Shown here: positions 1-7,362 of the stretch, piece after piece
Numbering within the stretch: the first letter of the stretch is position 1
Layout of the letters: each line of letters starts with the position of its first letter
Assembly (NCBI GenBank): GCA_044346795.1
Contig: JBIIYN010000002.1
Location: 1-34,699 of the forward strand
Origin: Pirellulales bacterium
Lineage (GTDB): Bacteria > Planctomycetota > Planctomycetia > Pirellulales > UBA1268
Reading direction: 5' to 3'
Length of the DNA stretch: 34,699 nt
Program-made: the position numbers and the translations under genes
The notes under the pieces: model-generated
Told to the model about the DNA's origin: nothing
Databases searched by the model: none
Seen by the model: the letters and a program-made list of their open reading frames with translations, nothing else

Positions 1-243
1 ACGACGGTCCTCTCGAGTTTACCCGCGGTGAAGAAACCGCCCAAAATGCGCTGGCACTGCTGGATATATGACTGCTGGTGCGGTTTTGTTACGCTTTCGA
101 ATTCCCAGAAGCTGGTCCGGAATATTCCGCAGGGTGTTTTCGTGGTCGGTTTTCCGGGGCCCGCCGGCGGACCGGCGTGGGAAAACTGGCGTCGGGCGAT
201 ACGCTCCAACAGAAAACAGGCGATCCACCCCGACTTTTCGACC

Positions 244-1632
244 ATGAAAAAATCGCGAGCGAGGGCCGTGTCCATGGAAAATCAGAACTCGACGGGCGGC
301 GATGCCGCAACGCGTCCTCCGCGGGCCGCCTCCACTCCGGCAGGTGGCCTCGCCACGCGACGGCAGGTGCTCGCGGGCCTCGCCGCCGGCGCGGCGTTTC
401 CCATGATCGTGCCGGCTCGGGCCCTCGGCCTCGAGGGGGCGGTGCCGCCGAGCGAGAAGATCAGCCTCGGCGTGATCGGCATCGGGCCGCGGTGCACCTA
501 CGTGCTCACGTCGATGCTCGGCCTGCCCGACGTCCGCTGTGCGGCGATCGCCGACGTCCAGCAGAGCCGCCGGGAGGCGGGCAAGCAGGTCGTGGACAAA
601 CTCTCCGGCACGTCCGACTGCACGCTGCATCGGGACATGCGTGAATTGCTCGCCCGCAAGGACATCGACGCCGTGCTCGTCGCCACGGGCGACCGCTGGC
701 ACACGCCGGCGTCGATTCTCGCGGCCGAGGCGGGCAAGGATGTGTATTGCGAGAAGCCCTGCGGCCTCTCGGTCAAAAACGTGCAGGATCTCGCCGCGGC
801 GATGAAGCGGACCGGCCGGATCTTTCAGGCGGGCACGCAGCGGCGGAGCGTGCCGCAATTTCAGACGGCCGTGGAGATGGCCCGCACGGGCAGGCTCGGC
901 AAGCTCGACACGCTCTTCGCGTCGGTCTACCAGCCGGAGCTGGGCAATTGCTGGGCGCCGGGCGAGCCGACGCCGCCCGCCGACGTCTGCGACTGGAACC
1001 TCTGGCTGGGGCCCGCGCCCTGGCGGCCGTACAACCAGGTCTACGTGGCCGGCAAGTGGCGGAGCCAGTTTGATTTCGAGTCGGGGGCGCGGCTGCTCGA
1101 CTGGGGCGCGCACACCGTCGATCTGTGCCAGTGGGCCAACGATGCCGACGCGACCGCGCCGGTCGAATATGAGCCGGGGCCGACGGGCATCACCTGCCGC
1201 TACGCCAACGGCGTGAAGCTCGTGCTCGATTTCCTCAAGACCCCGTTCGGCGACCGCGGCCCCAACTGGAACACGAAGCTCGGCCTCTGTCCGGTGCGGT
1301 TCGTGGGGAGCGAGGGCTCGGTGGAGGTGGGCGACGACGGCATCGAGGTGAAGCTCGCCGGCGCCGGGGCGGAGGCGGAGAAGATCAAGAAGACCCGCGG
1401 CATTGACGCCCAGACGCACGCCCGCAACTTCTTCGACTGCGTGCGTTCGCGGCAGCCTGCGATCACGAATCCCGAAGTCATGCTCCATTCGCACCTGGCA
1501 TGCTTCGCGGCTTCGCTCTCGTGGATCCTCGGCCGGAAGCTCACGTTCGACCCGGCCAAGGACGAGTTCGTGGGCGACGCCGAGGCCAATTCGCTGCGGT
1601 CACGGCCCGAGCGTGACTGCTGGGCCTCGTGA
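244..1632 (+). CDS. Gfo/Idh/MocA-family NAD(P)-dependent oxidoreductase with twin-arginine (Tat) signal, 462 aa
   Basis: From ORF 28..1632. I trimmed the start to ATG 244 (alternative ATG 274) so the N-terminus reads ...TRRQVLAGLAAGAAFPMIVPARALG, a Tat-type signal. Rossmann start ISLGVIGIGPR, DAVLVATGDRWH, and the VYCEKP (EKP) motif are typical of the family. The opposite-strand ORF 19..1494 is R/G/P-rich junk. Confidence 0.85.
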   Translation: MKKSRARAVSMENQNSTGGDAATRPPRAASTPAGGLATRRQVLAGLAAGAAFPMIVPARALGLEGAVPPSEKISLGVIGIGPRCTYVLTSMLGLPDVRCAAIADVQQSRREAGKQVVDKLSGTSDCTLHRDMRELLARKDIDAVLVATGDRWHTPASILAAEAGKDVYCEKPCGLSVKNVQDLAAAMKRTGRIFQAGTQRRSVPQFQTAVEMARTGRLGKLDTLFASVYQPELGNCWAPGEPTPPADVCDWNLWLGPAPWRPYNQVYVAGKWRSQFDFESGARLLDWGAHTVDLCQWANDADATAPVEYEPGPTGITCRYANGVKLVLDFLKTPFGDRGPNWNTKLGLCPVRFVGSEGSVEVGDDGIEVKLAGAGAEAEKIKKTRGIDAQTHARNFFDCVRSRQPAITNPEVMLHSHLACFAASLSWILGRKLTFDPAKDEFVGDAEANSLRSRPERDCWAS

Positions 1633-1667
1633 GCTCGATCGTGCAAGAACTGCGATCAGTCCGCGTC

Positions 1668-1709
1668 TCTTCGAAGCCCGAGGCGCGGGCGAGTGAATCT
1701 GGCCCGGAG
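1668..1709 (+). repeat. Copy 1 (most divergent) of the intergenic motif TGCT..GAAGCCCGArG-CCCG/CGGG hairpin-...GAAT
   Basis: GAAGCCCGAGG at 1673-1683 is identical to 6565-6575. Identity to copy 2 is ~74% over ~31 nt with one gap. The local stem is CCCG(aggcg)CGGG. It lies 41 nt after the stop codon of the upstream + strand gene. Confidence 0.35.
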
Positions 1710-1738
1710 CAAGCAAGGCTCGTGTGCGCTTCGGGTTT
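1674..1738 (+). other. Long imperfect intercistronic RNA hairpin (about 21 stem positions, 23-nt loop)
   Basis: Arm 1674-1694 (AAGCCCGAGGCGCGGGCGAGT) pairs with arm 1718-1738 (GCTCGTGTGCGCTTCGGGTTT). That gives 15 Watson-Crick pairs, 5 G.U pairs and 1 mismatch. The G.U pairs exist only in the + strand transcript, so the structure is strand-specific. It sits between the Gfo/Idh/MocA stop (1632) and the DUF386 start (1793). Confidence 0.45.
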
Positions 1739-1792
1739 GAATGCATTGATCGTTTCCCGCATCAACGAGCCACCCGTTCGCCTGGAGATGCG

Positions 1793-2245
1793 ATGATTCT
1801 CGACTCGTATCCGCAGTGGCGGCGCTACGAGCCGCTGAACGCCCGGTTCGGCCGGGCCTTCGCCTTTCTCGCGGGCGTGACGCCGGAGACCGCCCTCGGC
1901 CGCCACGAGATCGACGGCGACGCCGCCTTTGCACTCGTGCAACGGTACGATACGCGGCCGGTGGCCGGCATGCAATTCGAGGCGCACCGCCGCTACATCG
2001 ACATCCAGTACGTGGTGCGGGGCCGGGAAGTGATTCATTGGGCGCCGCTCGCGGCCCTCGCCGAGGTGCTCCCGTACGACGACGGGAAGGACGTGGCCCT
2101 CTTCGCGGCCGACGGCCCCATCGTGCCGGTGCGGTTGCCGGCCGGACAGTTCATGATCCTCTTCCCCGACGACGCCCACGCGCCCTGCTGCGTGTGGGAC
2201 GAGCCGGGCGAGGTCGTGAAGGTGGTCGTAAAGGTCGCCGTCTGA
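1793..2245 (+). CDS. YhcH/YjgK/YiaL (DUF386, EbgC-like) family protein, 150 aa
   Basis: From ORF 1724..2245. ATG 1793 is preceded by GGAGA at 1784-1788. The sequence MILDSYPQW...EAHRRYIDIQYVVRGREVIHWAP...LFPDDAHAP matches the cupin-like DUF386 pattern (H..YiDiqyv..GeE). Confidence 0.8.
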   Translation: MILDSYPQWRRYEPLNARFGRAFAFLAGVTPETALGRHEIDGDAAFALVQRYDTRPVAGMQFEAHRRYIDIQYVVRGREVIHWAPLAALAEVLPYDDGKDVALFAADGPIVPVRLPAGQFMILFPDDAHAPCCVWDEPGEVVKVVVKVAV

Positions 2246-2324
2246 GCGGGTCGCTGCGGCCGTACTGGGCCGCCGAGCCGATGGGCACGCGCGACGTCGA
2301 CTTCGTGGTCGCCGGGTGACGCCG

Positions 2325-2351
2325 ATGGGGCAATTGCCGTGGTCCATTTTT
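2325..2351 (+). terminator. Weak hairpin plus T-tract, possible terminator of the DUF386 gene
   Basis: ATGG(2325-2328)/CCAT(2444-style pairing at 2344-2347) encloses the palindrome GGCAATTGCC and is followed by TTTTT (2347-2351). A second weak stem CCAG/CTGG followed by TTTTTGGTTTTGG lies at 2362-2394. T-runs are unusual in this GC-rich DNA. Confidence 0.25.
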
Positions 2352-2473
2352 CGTACGTTGCCCAGATTTGGTGGCTGGCACTTTTTGGTTTTGGTTCTGC
2401 TGGTCGGGCGTGAGCGGTAGGCAGCATGGGAATGCGGGTCGATTCTGCCGATAATACGAAGTGAGGAATGTCG

Positions 2474-5400
2474 ATGAAATCACATCGCGAGCGTGCGTTG
2501 ACGTGGGTGGTCGGGGTCGTGGCGGCGGTCGTCGCGACGTGTGCCGCCGCTCAGGACTTCGAATTCACCCCGATGAAGCCCGTGCCTCCGCACGGCCAGC
2601 CGTGGGTGGAGACCGCCGAGCCCGATGTCCGCACGGCCGCGCTCTGGAAGTTCGTCTCCGATGCCGACCGGTCGAAGGCGGCCGACAAGCTCCTCGAAGA
2701 GGGAGCGCTGGACGACCTCGGCGACGATGCCGATGCCGATCCGCTCGCCGCCGGCCCGGCCGGCAAGGGAGCCGGGGGGAGGCCGCCGAAGCTCGTGGGG
2801 AAGGCTGCGATCAAGGACGCCGCAGGGCGGTTTGGCGGCGGGCTCGTCGTCGATGGGGTCAGTTACGCCGAGGGCGCCGCCGATTTCCCCGGCATGGTCG
2901 CCCGCGAAGGGGGCTTCACGATCGATTTCTGGTTTCGCCCGGCGGGTAAGGCAGGCGCGACGCCCGCCGGCCCGCAGACGCTCCTGACGCTGTCGAGCCT
3001 GCGGAGCGAGCCGTTGGTTGCGATCCGCCTCGACGATCCGGAGAAGGTGGTGCTCGCGGTCGACGGTAAAGACCGCCTCACGGCCGCGTGCCCCGCCACT
3101 GCCGATGGCTGGCATCACGTGGCCCTCGTCACGGTCGTGCCGCGTGGCGCGCCGGATCATGCCACGCTCACCCTCACGGTCGATGGCGTCATCACGGCCG
3201 CCGATAGGCCCGATCACATGACGCCTATTTCCTGGATGAAGGGCGTGCTCGGCCGCGTCGGCGTGGCGTTCACGGCCGGCGGCGGCAGGGATGTGACCGG
3301 CCTGTCGGGCGCGATCGACGAGGTGCGGGTCTCCAAGGGCGTGTATCACCTCTATCCCTGGAACCTCGGGCGGCTGGAGCTGAAGCGAACGTCCGACGCG
3401 CTCGATCTCAAGGCCCCGTACTTCAAAAGTGGCAGCGCCGTCACCCGGCTCCACTTCGACGGCTCGCTCGAGCCCAAGCCCTTCGCCGGCCGGTCGTGGG
3501 CGGGCAATGCCGATGCCTCGCACTTCAAGCCCGGCGTGCAGGGGCAGGCCCTCGATCTCTCCGCAAGCGACAAGACCGGCTTCGCGATGACCGGCTTCGA
3601 CATCCTGCCGGACAGGAACGGCACGGCCGAATTCTGGTTTCGCCCGCTGGACTGGAATAATTTTTATGCCGGCGACTACGCCGGCACCGACATCAAGTTC
3701 AACTGGTTGATGACGCTCACGGCCAAGGACGTACCCTCCAAGTCGCCCTCGAAAAACATCGAGGTGCGGCTGGGTCGTTCGGGGCAGGATGGAGCCGTCC
3801 ACTGGCAGAAGATTCATCCCGGCACGTGGACGCACGTGCTCATCTCGATCAAGGACGGCAGCCAGACGGTCTACGTCAATGGCCGGCGGCAGCGGCTCCA
3901 TCAGGCAGGGCTCGTGACGCGGGCAAGCGTGTATGACCACGGCGCGCTGCAGAAATGGCGGGAGCGTACCGGCGGCAAGGACAACGACGACACCTGGAAG
4001 CTCGCCTTCACGAAGTCGTCCACGCTCGTCGATGAATTCACCGTCTTCGACTGGGCGATGGATCCCGACGAGGCCTGGAACGCCTACGCCCGCTGGCTGC
4101 CCGACGCCGCACAGCAGATGAAGCCGCTGCCCGTCTTCCAGACGCAGTTCGACTATTTCACCCACTCCTGGAACCGGCAGGAAAAGCTCGTCGCCAAGGT
4201 CGGCTGCCTGCAGGTCGCGGGGGCGAAGCCCGCCAGCGCCGACATCGAGATCCGCACCGCAGCGGGCGAAGTGCTGCTGACGGCGGAGAAGCAGTCGCTC
4301 GACGCGGCGAGCGCGGCGACGTTCACGATCGACAAGCCGCTCCCCTTCGGCCGCTATCCGGTGATCGTGCGGTCCCGCGATGCCGCGGGCAAGGTGCTCG
4401 CGGAGGAGAAGGTCGAATACGTGCGCGAGAAGCCGGAGTGGATCGGCAACACGCTCGGCGAGGAGCGGACGATCCCCAAGCCCTGGACGCCGATCAAGGC
4501 GAGCGGGCAGTCGCTGGAGCTGGTCGGCCGACGCATCGACCTGGGCTCGACCGGCCTGCCTGAGAGGATCGAGACCCGCGGCCGGCAGATCCTTGCGCGG
4601 CCGATCGCGATGCGGGCCGCCGGCCCCGCCGGCGATGCGACGCTCGCGGGCGCCGGGATGAAGCTCGGCGTTACGGCCGACGACCGCGTGGAGTGGAGGG
4701 CCGCCCTCACGGGGGCGGGCATCAAGGCGGATGTCGATGCCTGGCTCGAGTTCGACGGGCTCCTCTCTTGCACCGTCACGCTCAAGCCCGCCACAGGCGC
4801 GGAGGCCACGCTCGACGAGCTCGACATCGACGTGCCGATGGTCCCGGCCCAGGCCACGCAGCTCCTGGCCAACGGCGGCGGCAACGACTTCCGCAATTCC
4901 TGGATCGCGACGATGGTGCCGGCGGGCGAGGGAAGCGTCTGGCGGAGCGGCGACAAACCTCATCCCGCGTTCGTGCGGGCTGACGGCGTGACCAACTTCA
5001 TGCCGCACATCTGGCTCGGGGCCGACGACGTGGGGCTCTATTTCGGTGCGGAGAACGACAAGGGCTGGACGGTGGACGGGCCCAACCCCGCCCAGGAGAT
5101 TCTCCGGGAGAAGGACGCGGTGGTGTTTCGGATGAACGTGATCCGCGAGGCCACGAAGATCCCCGCCGCCGGCCGCGCGTTTCACTTCATCCTCCTGCCC
5201 ACGCCCGCGAAGCTCGAGCCTGCCGACTGGCGGAAGCAGATGGCCGCGGGAGGCGTCAATTTCGGGTCTTGCGACAGTTTCGGCGGGTTCGACATGAAGA
5301 CCGATCCCGCCGACCCGATCCAGGGCGACGACTTTCGGCTCGAGCCGCGGTCGTGGACGCATGCCGAGGCGATGGCCCCGCAGTGCCGGGCCAAGTGGGG

Positions 5401-6544
5401 CCGGTGCATCCTCTACGCCGATGCATCGTTTCCGCAGCCTGGCCCGGCCTTTCGCGACTGGAACCACGACCTCTGGGCCGCCACGGGCAAAATCGCCTGG
5501 ACGCCCGAGTGCGAGGACTACGCCGTCTGGGCGATCAACGAATTTCTGAAGCGCGGCGTGATCGACGGCGTCTACTGGGACGACGTCAGCGTGGGCAGCA
5601 CCTATTCGCTCGACTCGACGGCGTATGAATACGCCGGCGGCAAGAACGGCCGCCGCGTGGGGTTCACGTCGCTCGCGATGCGGCGGGTGAACATGCGGCT
5701 CTGGCGGCTCTTCGAGGCGGCCGGCCGCGAGCCCTGCATCTGGGCCCACATGACGGTCTGCTACGAGGTGCCGCTCTTCAGCTTCTGCCGCTATCTCTCC
5801 AACGGCGAGTTCGTGACGGGCGTCGAGCCCTACGGCAAGCGCGACGCGATGGATTTCTGGAGACCTGAGACGCTGCGGATTCTCGGCAGTTCCGAAAAAT
5901 GGGGCGCGGGCGTGAGCTTTCTCACGACGCTGCCGCGGACTCTCCCGCCGGGGCCGGCGGCCGAGCAATGGGCCTATCCGCAGGTTCGCGCGGAAGACGC
6001 CCTCTATGCGACGAGCGGCATCCAGACGCTCTCGAACGGCCTCACGCAGAAACTCGTCGAGACGAAGATCTACGACCAGCCGCTGCGGTGCTTCCCGTGG
6101 TGGAAGGCGGATGGGATCGTGAAGCTGGAAAAGCCGCAGAAGGCGAACGTGCTCTCGGCTGCCTATGCGACCGACGACAAGGCGATCGTATTCGTCTCCA
6201 ACTTCGATCGCGAGCGAGAGCATGAGGTCACCGTCGAACTCGATCCGGCCACGCTCTTCCCGGGCCGCAAGGTGACGGCCATCCAGTGGCGGGATCTCGA
6301 TCCCGGCCTCGACCCGCCGAAGGTGGCCGTGGCCGATGCCGCCGAGATCGCCAAGGAGGCGAAAGCGGGCCTCGAAGGCAAGGAGCGGACGCTCGACGCA
6401 GAGGAACTCGATGATTTCCTCGCAGGCACGACGCCCGAGGGCCGCGCGAAGGGCCGGTTCGGCCTCACGGTGGAGGGCGCGAAGGCCCGCGTGACAATCC
6501 GACCCCGCGACTACCGCGTGCTCGAAGCGAAGCCGGGCGGCTGA
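2474..6544 (+). CDS. Large secreted protein, 1356 aa: signal peptide, two LamG/concanavalin-like domains, and a ~800-aa C-terminal region (possibly glycoside-hydrolase-like, GH123/DUF4091-type)
   Basis: From ORF 2468..6544. ATG 2474 lies 6 nt after GAGGA (2463-2467). The signal is MKSHRERALTWVVGVVAAVVATCAAAQD. LamG-like blocks: FTIDFWFRP...GWHHVALV...LTVDG...IDEVRVS and AEFWFRPLDW...WTHVLISIKDGSQTVYVNG...VDEFTVFDW. The C-terminal segments (HIWLGADDVGLYFGAENDKGW, GVYWDDVSVG) are only loosely reminiscent of GH123-like domains. Confidence 0.75.
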   Translation: MKSHRERALTWVVGVVAAVVATCAAAQDFEFTPMKPVPPHGQPWVETAEPDVRTAALWKFVSDADRSKAADKLLEEGALDDLGDDADADPLAAGPAGKGAGGRPPKLVGKAAIKDAAGRFGGGLVVDGVSYAEGAADFPGMVAREGGFTIDFWFRPAGKAGATPAGPQTLLTLSSLRSEPLVAIRLDDPEKVVLAVDGKDRLTAACPATADGWHHVALVTVVPRGAPDHATLTLTVDGVITAADRPDHMTPISWMKGVLGRVGVAFTAGGGRDVTGLSGAIDEVRVSKGVYHLYPWNLGRLELKRTSDALDLKAPYFKSGSAVTRLHFDGSLEPKPFAGRSWAGNADASHFKPGVQGQALDLSASDKTGFAMTGFDILPDRNGTAEFWFRPLDWNNFYAGDYAGTDIKFNWLMTLTAKDVPSKSPSKNIEVRLGRSGQDGAVHWQKIHPGTWTHVLISIKDGSQTVYVNGRRQRLHQAGLVTRASVYDHGALQKWRERTGGKDNDDTWKLAFTKSSTLVDEFTVFDWAMDPDEAWNAYARWLPDAAQQMKPLPVFQTQFDYFTHSWNRQEKLVAKVGCLQVAGAKPASADIEIRTAAGEVLLTAEKQSLDAASAATFTIDKPLPFGRYPVIVRSRDAAGKVLAEEKVEYVREKPEWIGNTLGEERTIPKPWTPIKASGQSLELVGRRIDLGSTGLPERIETRGRQILARPIAMRAAGPAGDATLAGAGMKLGVTADDRVEWRAALTGAGIKADVDAWLEFDGLLSCTVTLKPATGAEATLDELDIDVPMVPAQATQLLANGGGNDFRNSWIATMVPAGEGSVWRSGDKPHPAFVRADGVTNFMPHIWLGADDVGLYFGAENDKGWTVDGPNPAQEILREKDAVVFRMNVIREATKIPAAGRAFHFILLPTPAKLEPADWRKQMAAGGVNFGSCDSFGGFDMKTDPADPIQGDDFRLEPRSWTHAEAMAPQCRAKWGRCILYADASFPQPGPAFRDWNHDLWAATGKIAWTPECEDYAVWAINEFLKRGVIDGVYWDDVSVGSTYSLDSTAYEYAGGKNGRRVGFTSLAMRRVNMRLWRLFEAAGREPCIWAHMTVCYEVPLFSFCRYLSNGEFVTGVEPYGKRDAMDFWRPETLRILGSSEKWGAGVSFLTTLPRTLPPGPAAEQWAYPQVRAEDALYATSGIQTLSNGLTQKLVETKIYDQPLRCFPWWKADGIVKLEKPQKANVLSAAYATDDKAIVFVSNFDREREHEVTVELDPATLFPGRKVTAIQWRDLDPGLDPPKVAVADAAEIAKEAKAGLEGKERTLDAEELDDFLAGTTPEGRAKGRFGLTVEGAKARVTIRPRDYRVLEAKPGG

Positions 6545-6558
6545 CTTCACTGAAGTCG

Positions 6559-6600
6559 TGCTCGGAAGCCCGAGGTGCACGGCGAAAGAATGCAGGTGGG
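6559..6600 (+). repeat. Copy 2 of the ~42-nt intergenic repeat (TGCTCGGAAGCCCGAGG...GAATGCAGGTGGG)
   Basis: An ungapped alignment to 7251-7292 gives 30/42 identical positions. The blocks GAAGCCCGA and GAATGC start 23 nt apart in both copies. This copy lies between the LamG-gene stop (6544) and the pseudogene stop (6612). Confidence 0.5.
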
Positions 6601-6611
6601 CGTAACGGCGG

Positions 6612-7152
6612 TCAGCCGCGATCGACGCCGCCGTCGAGTTCCGCCGGCCACGGCGAGAGGTCGTCGGGCGTGTTGAAGTGGGCGTGATACCAGGCCAGTT
6701 CCCGCATGCGTTCGGCGTAGGGCATCCGAGCCCAGCGGGCCCTGTCTTCGCCGAGATCGCGGGCGAGGATCTCGTAACACCGCTCCGGATCGGTGCGGTC
6801 GAGCGGGTGGCGGCCGGCCGAAGAAATAGAGGTGCCATTCGGCCGACTCCGGTTCGTCGAACGCGGCCACGTGGCTCGTCCAGCCGCCGGCCAGATATTC
6901 GGCGTCGAGGGGCGCCCCGAAGAGCCCCCGATAGGAGATCCTCCAGTTGCCGCCGCTGACCCCACGTTCGAGGTCGCCGAACAGCACGACAAGTTTTTCG
7001 ATGAGCGCGGGTGCGACGATCCAGTCGGTGTCTTTCGTGTTCTGCTGAAGCCCGTACTCGACGCATGCCATGCCGGAAGTCAGCACGCCCTCGATCGCCC
7101 TTCCGCGAAGCAGGGACTGGAAAGTGCGATAGAAACCGATGGGACCGCTCAT
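6612..7152 (-). pseudogene. Frameshifted nucleotidyltransferase-fold-like gene (intact product would be ~180 aa)
   Basis: ORF 6547..7152 is protein-like only up to ...EPESAEWHLYFFGRP and then turns into R/P junk. ORF 6612..6992 is junk until ...SSAG and then protein-like (RHPLDRTDPERCYEILARDLGEDRARWARMPYAERMRELAWYHAHFNTPDD...). The frames switch inside the GGCCGGCCGCC run at about 6810-6822, consistent with one extra base or two missing bases. The N-terminal GMACVEYGLQQNTKDTDWIV resembles the G..A....G..R.T.DiD motif of minimal nucleotidyltransferases (AbiEii/DUF6036-like). Confidence 0.55.
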
Positions 7153-7169
7153 GGTTGCATTGTCGAATC

Positions 7170-7191
7170 TCCACGAGGGATTCCACGAGGG
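7170..7191. repeat. Tandem direct repeat TCCACGAGGG x2 (12-nt period)
   Basis: TCCACGAGGG is present at 7170-7179 and again at 7182-7191. The repeat lies 18-40 nt upstream (minus-strand sense) of the pseudogene ATG at 7152. It is followed by the perfect 10-nt palindrome TCACGCGTGA (7199-7208) and a GC hairpin at 7214-7231. Confidence 0.6.
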
Positions 7192-7250
7192 CAGCGACTC
7201 ACGCGTGACGAGTGACGTCCGCCGCGGCGTCTCCGAAACCGGATGCCGTT

Positions 7251-7292
7251 TGCTTTGAAGCCCGAAGCGGGAGCCGAGGGAATGCGGGTGGC
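7251..7292 (+). repeat. Copy 3 of the ~42-nt intergenic repeat (TGCTTTGAAGCCCGAAG...GAATGCGGGTGGC)
   Basis: It shares 30/42 identity with 6559-6600 at identical block spacing. The local stem is CCCG(aag)CGGG at 7261-7271. It lies in the divergent intergenic region between the pseudogene and the DUF1592 gene. Confidence 0.5.
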
Positions 7293-7362
7293 CACACGGT
7301 GATGGACCGAGCTTTCATCCGTCGGCCGATCTTGGTAAAATCGTGGCTGCGGAGGAGTGTCG

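Noticed and set aside
2376-2392. A sigma54-like TGGCAC in ctggcactttttggttt, upstream of the LamG gene.
   Set aside because: The -12 element is missing. GG/TT sits where TTGC should be, so GG-N10-GC spacing is not satisfied.
2463-2479. A shared start context: GAGGAATGTCGATGAAA here and GAGGAGTGTCGATGAAG at 7352-7368. The 12-mer GGGAATGCGGGT also occurs at 2427-2438 and 7278-7289.
   Set aside because: These are short exact matches of 10-12 nt, and many such matches are expected by chance among about 10^9 position pairs in the window. Spacing to the start codon also differs (about 47 versus 85 nt). Only the 42-nt alignment between 6559 and 7251 rises above chance.
6543-6557. The palindrome GACTTCA-c-TGAAGTC, overlapping the LamG gene stop codon.
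   Set aside because: A one-nucleotide loop is sterically impossible. The realistic structure is a 5-bp stem, too weak to call a terminator.
2480-7186. A 1568-aa ORF antisense to the LamG gene. Similar long antisense or out-of-frame ORFs occur at 19..1494, 1541..2347, 8059..9462, 11064..12512, 13237..14052, 18413..19162, 20178..21092, 20920..21705, 22241..23962, 23776..24897, 24998..25708, 25953..26753, 26831..28093, 27468..28547, 29694..31367, 31300..32514 and 32142..33740.
   Set aside because: The translations are dominated by R/A/G/P with no recognisable motifs. Each one shadows a gene with clear family signatures on the other strand or frame. Stop-poor alternative frames like these are the expected artefact of very GC-rich DNA.
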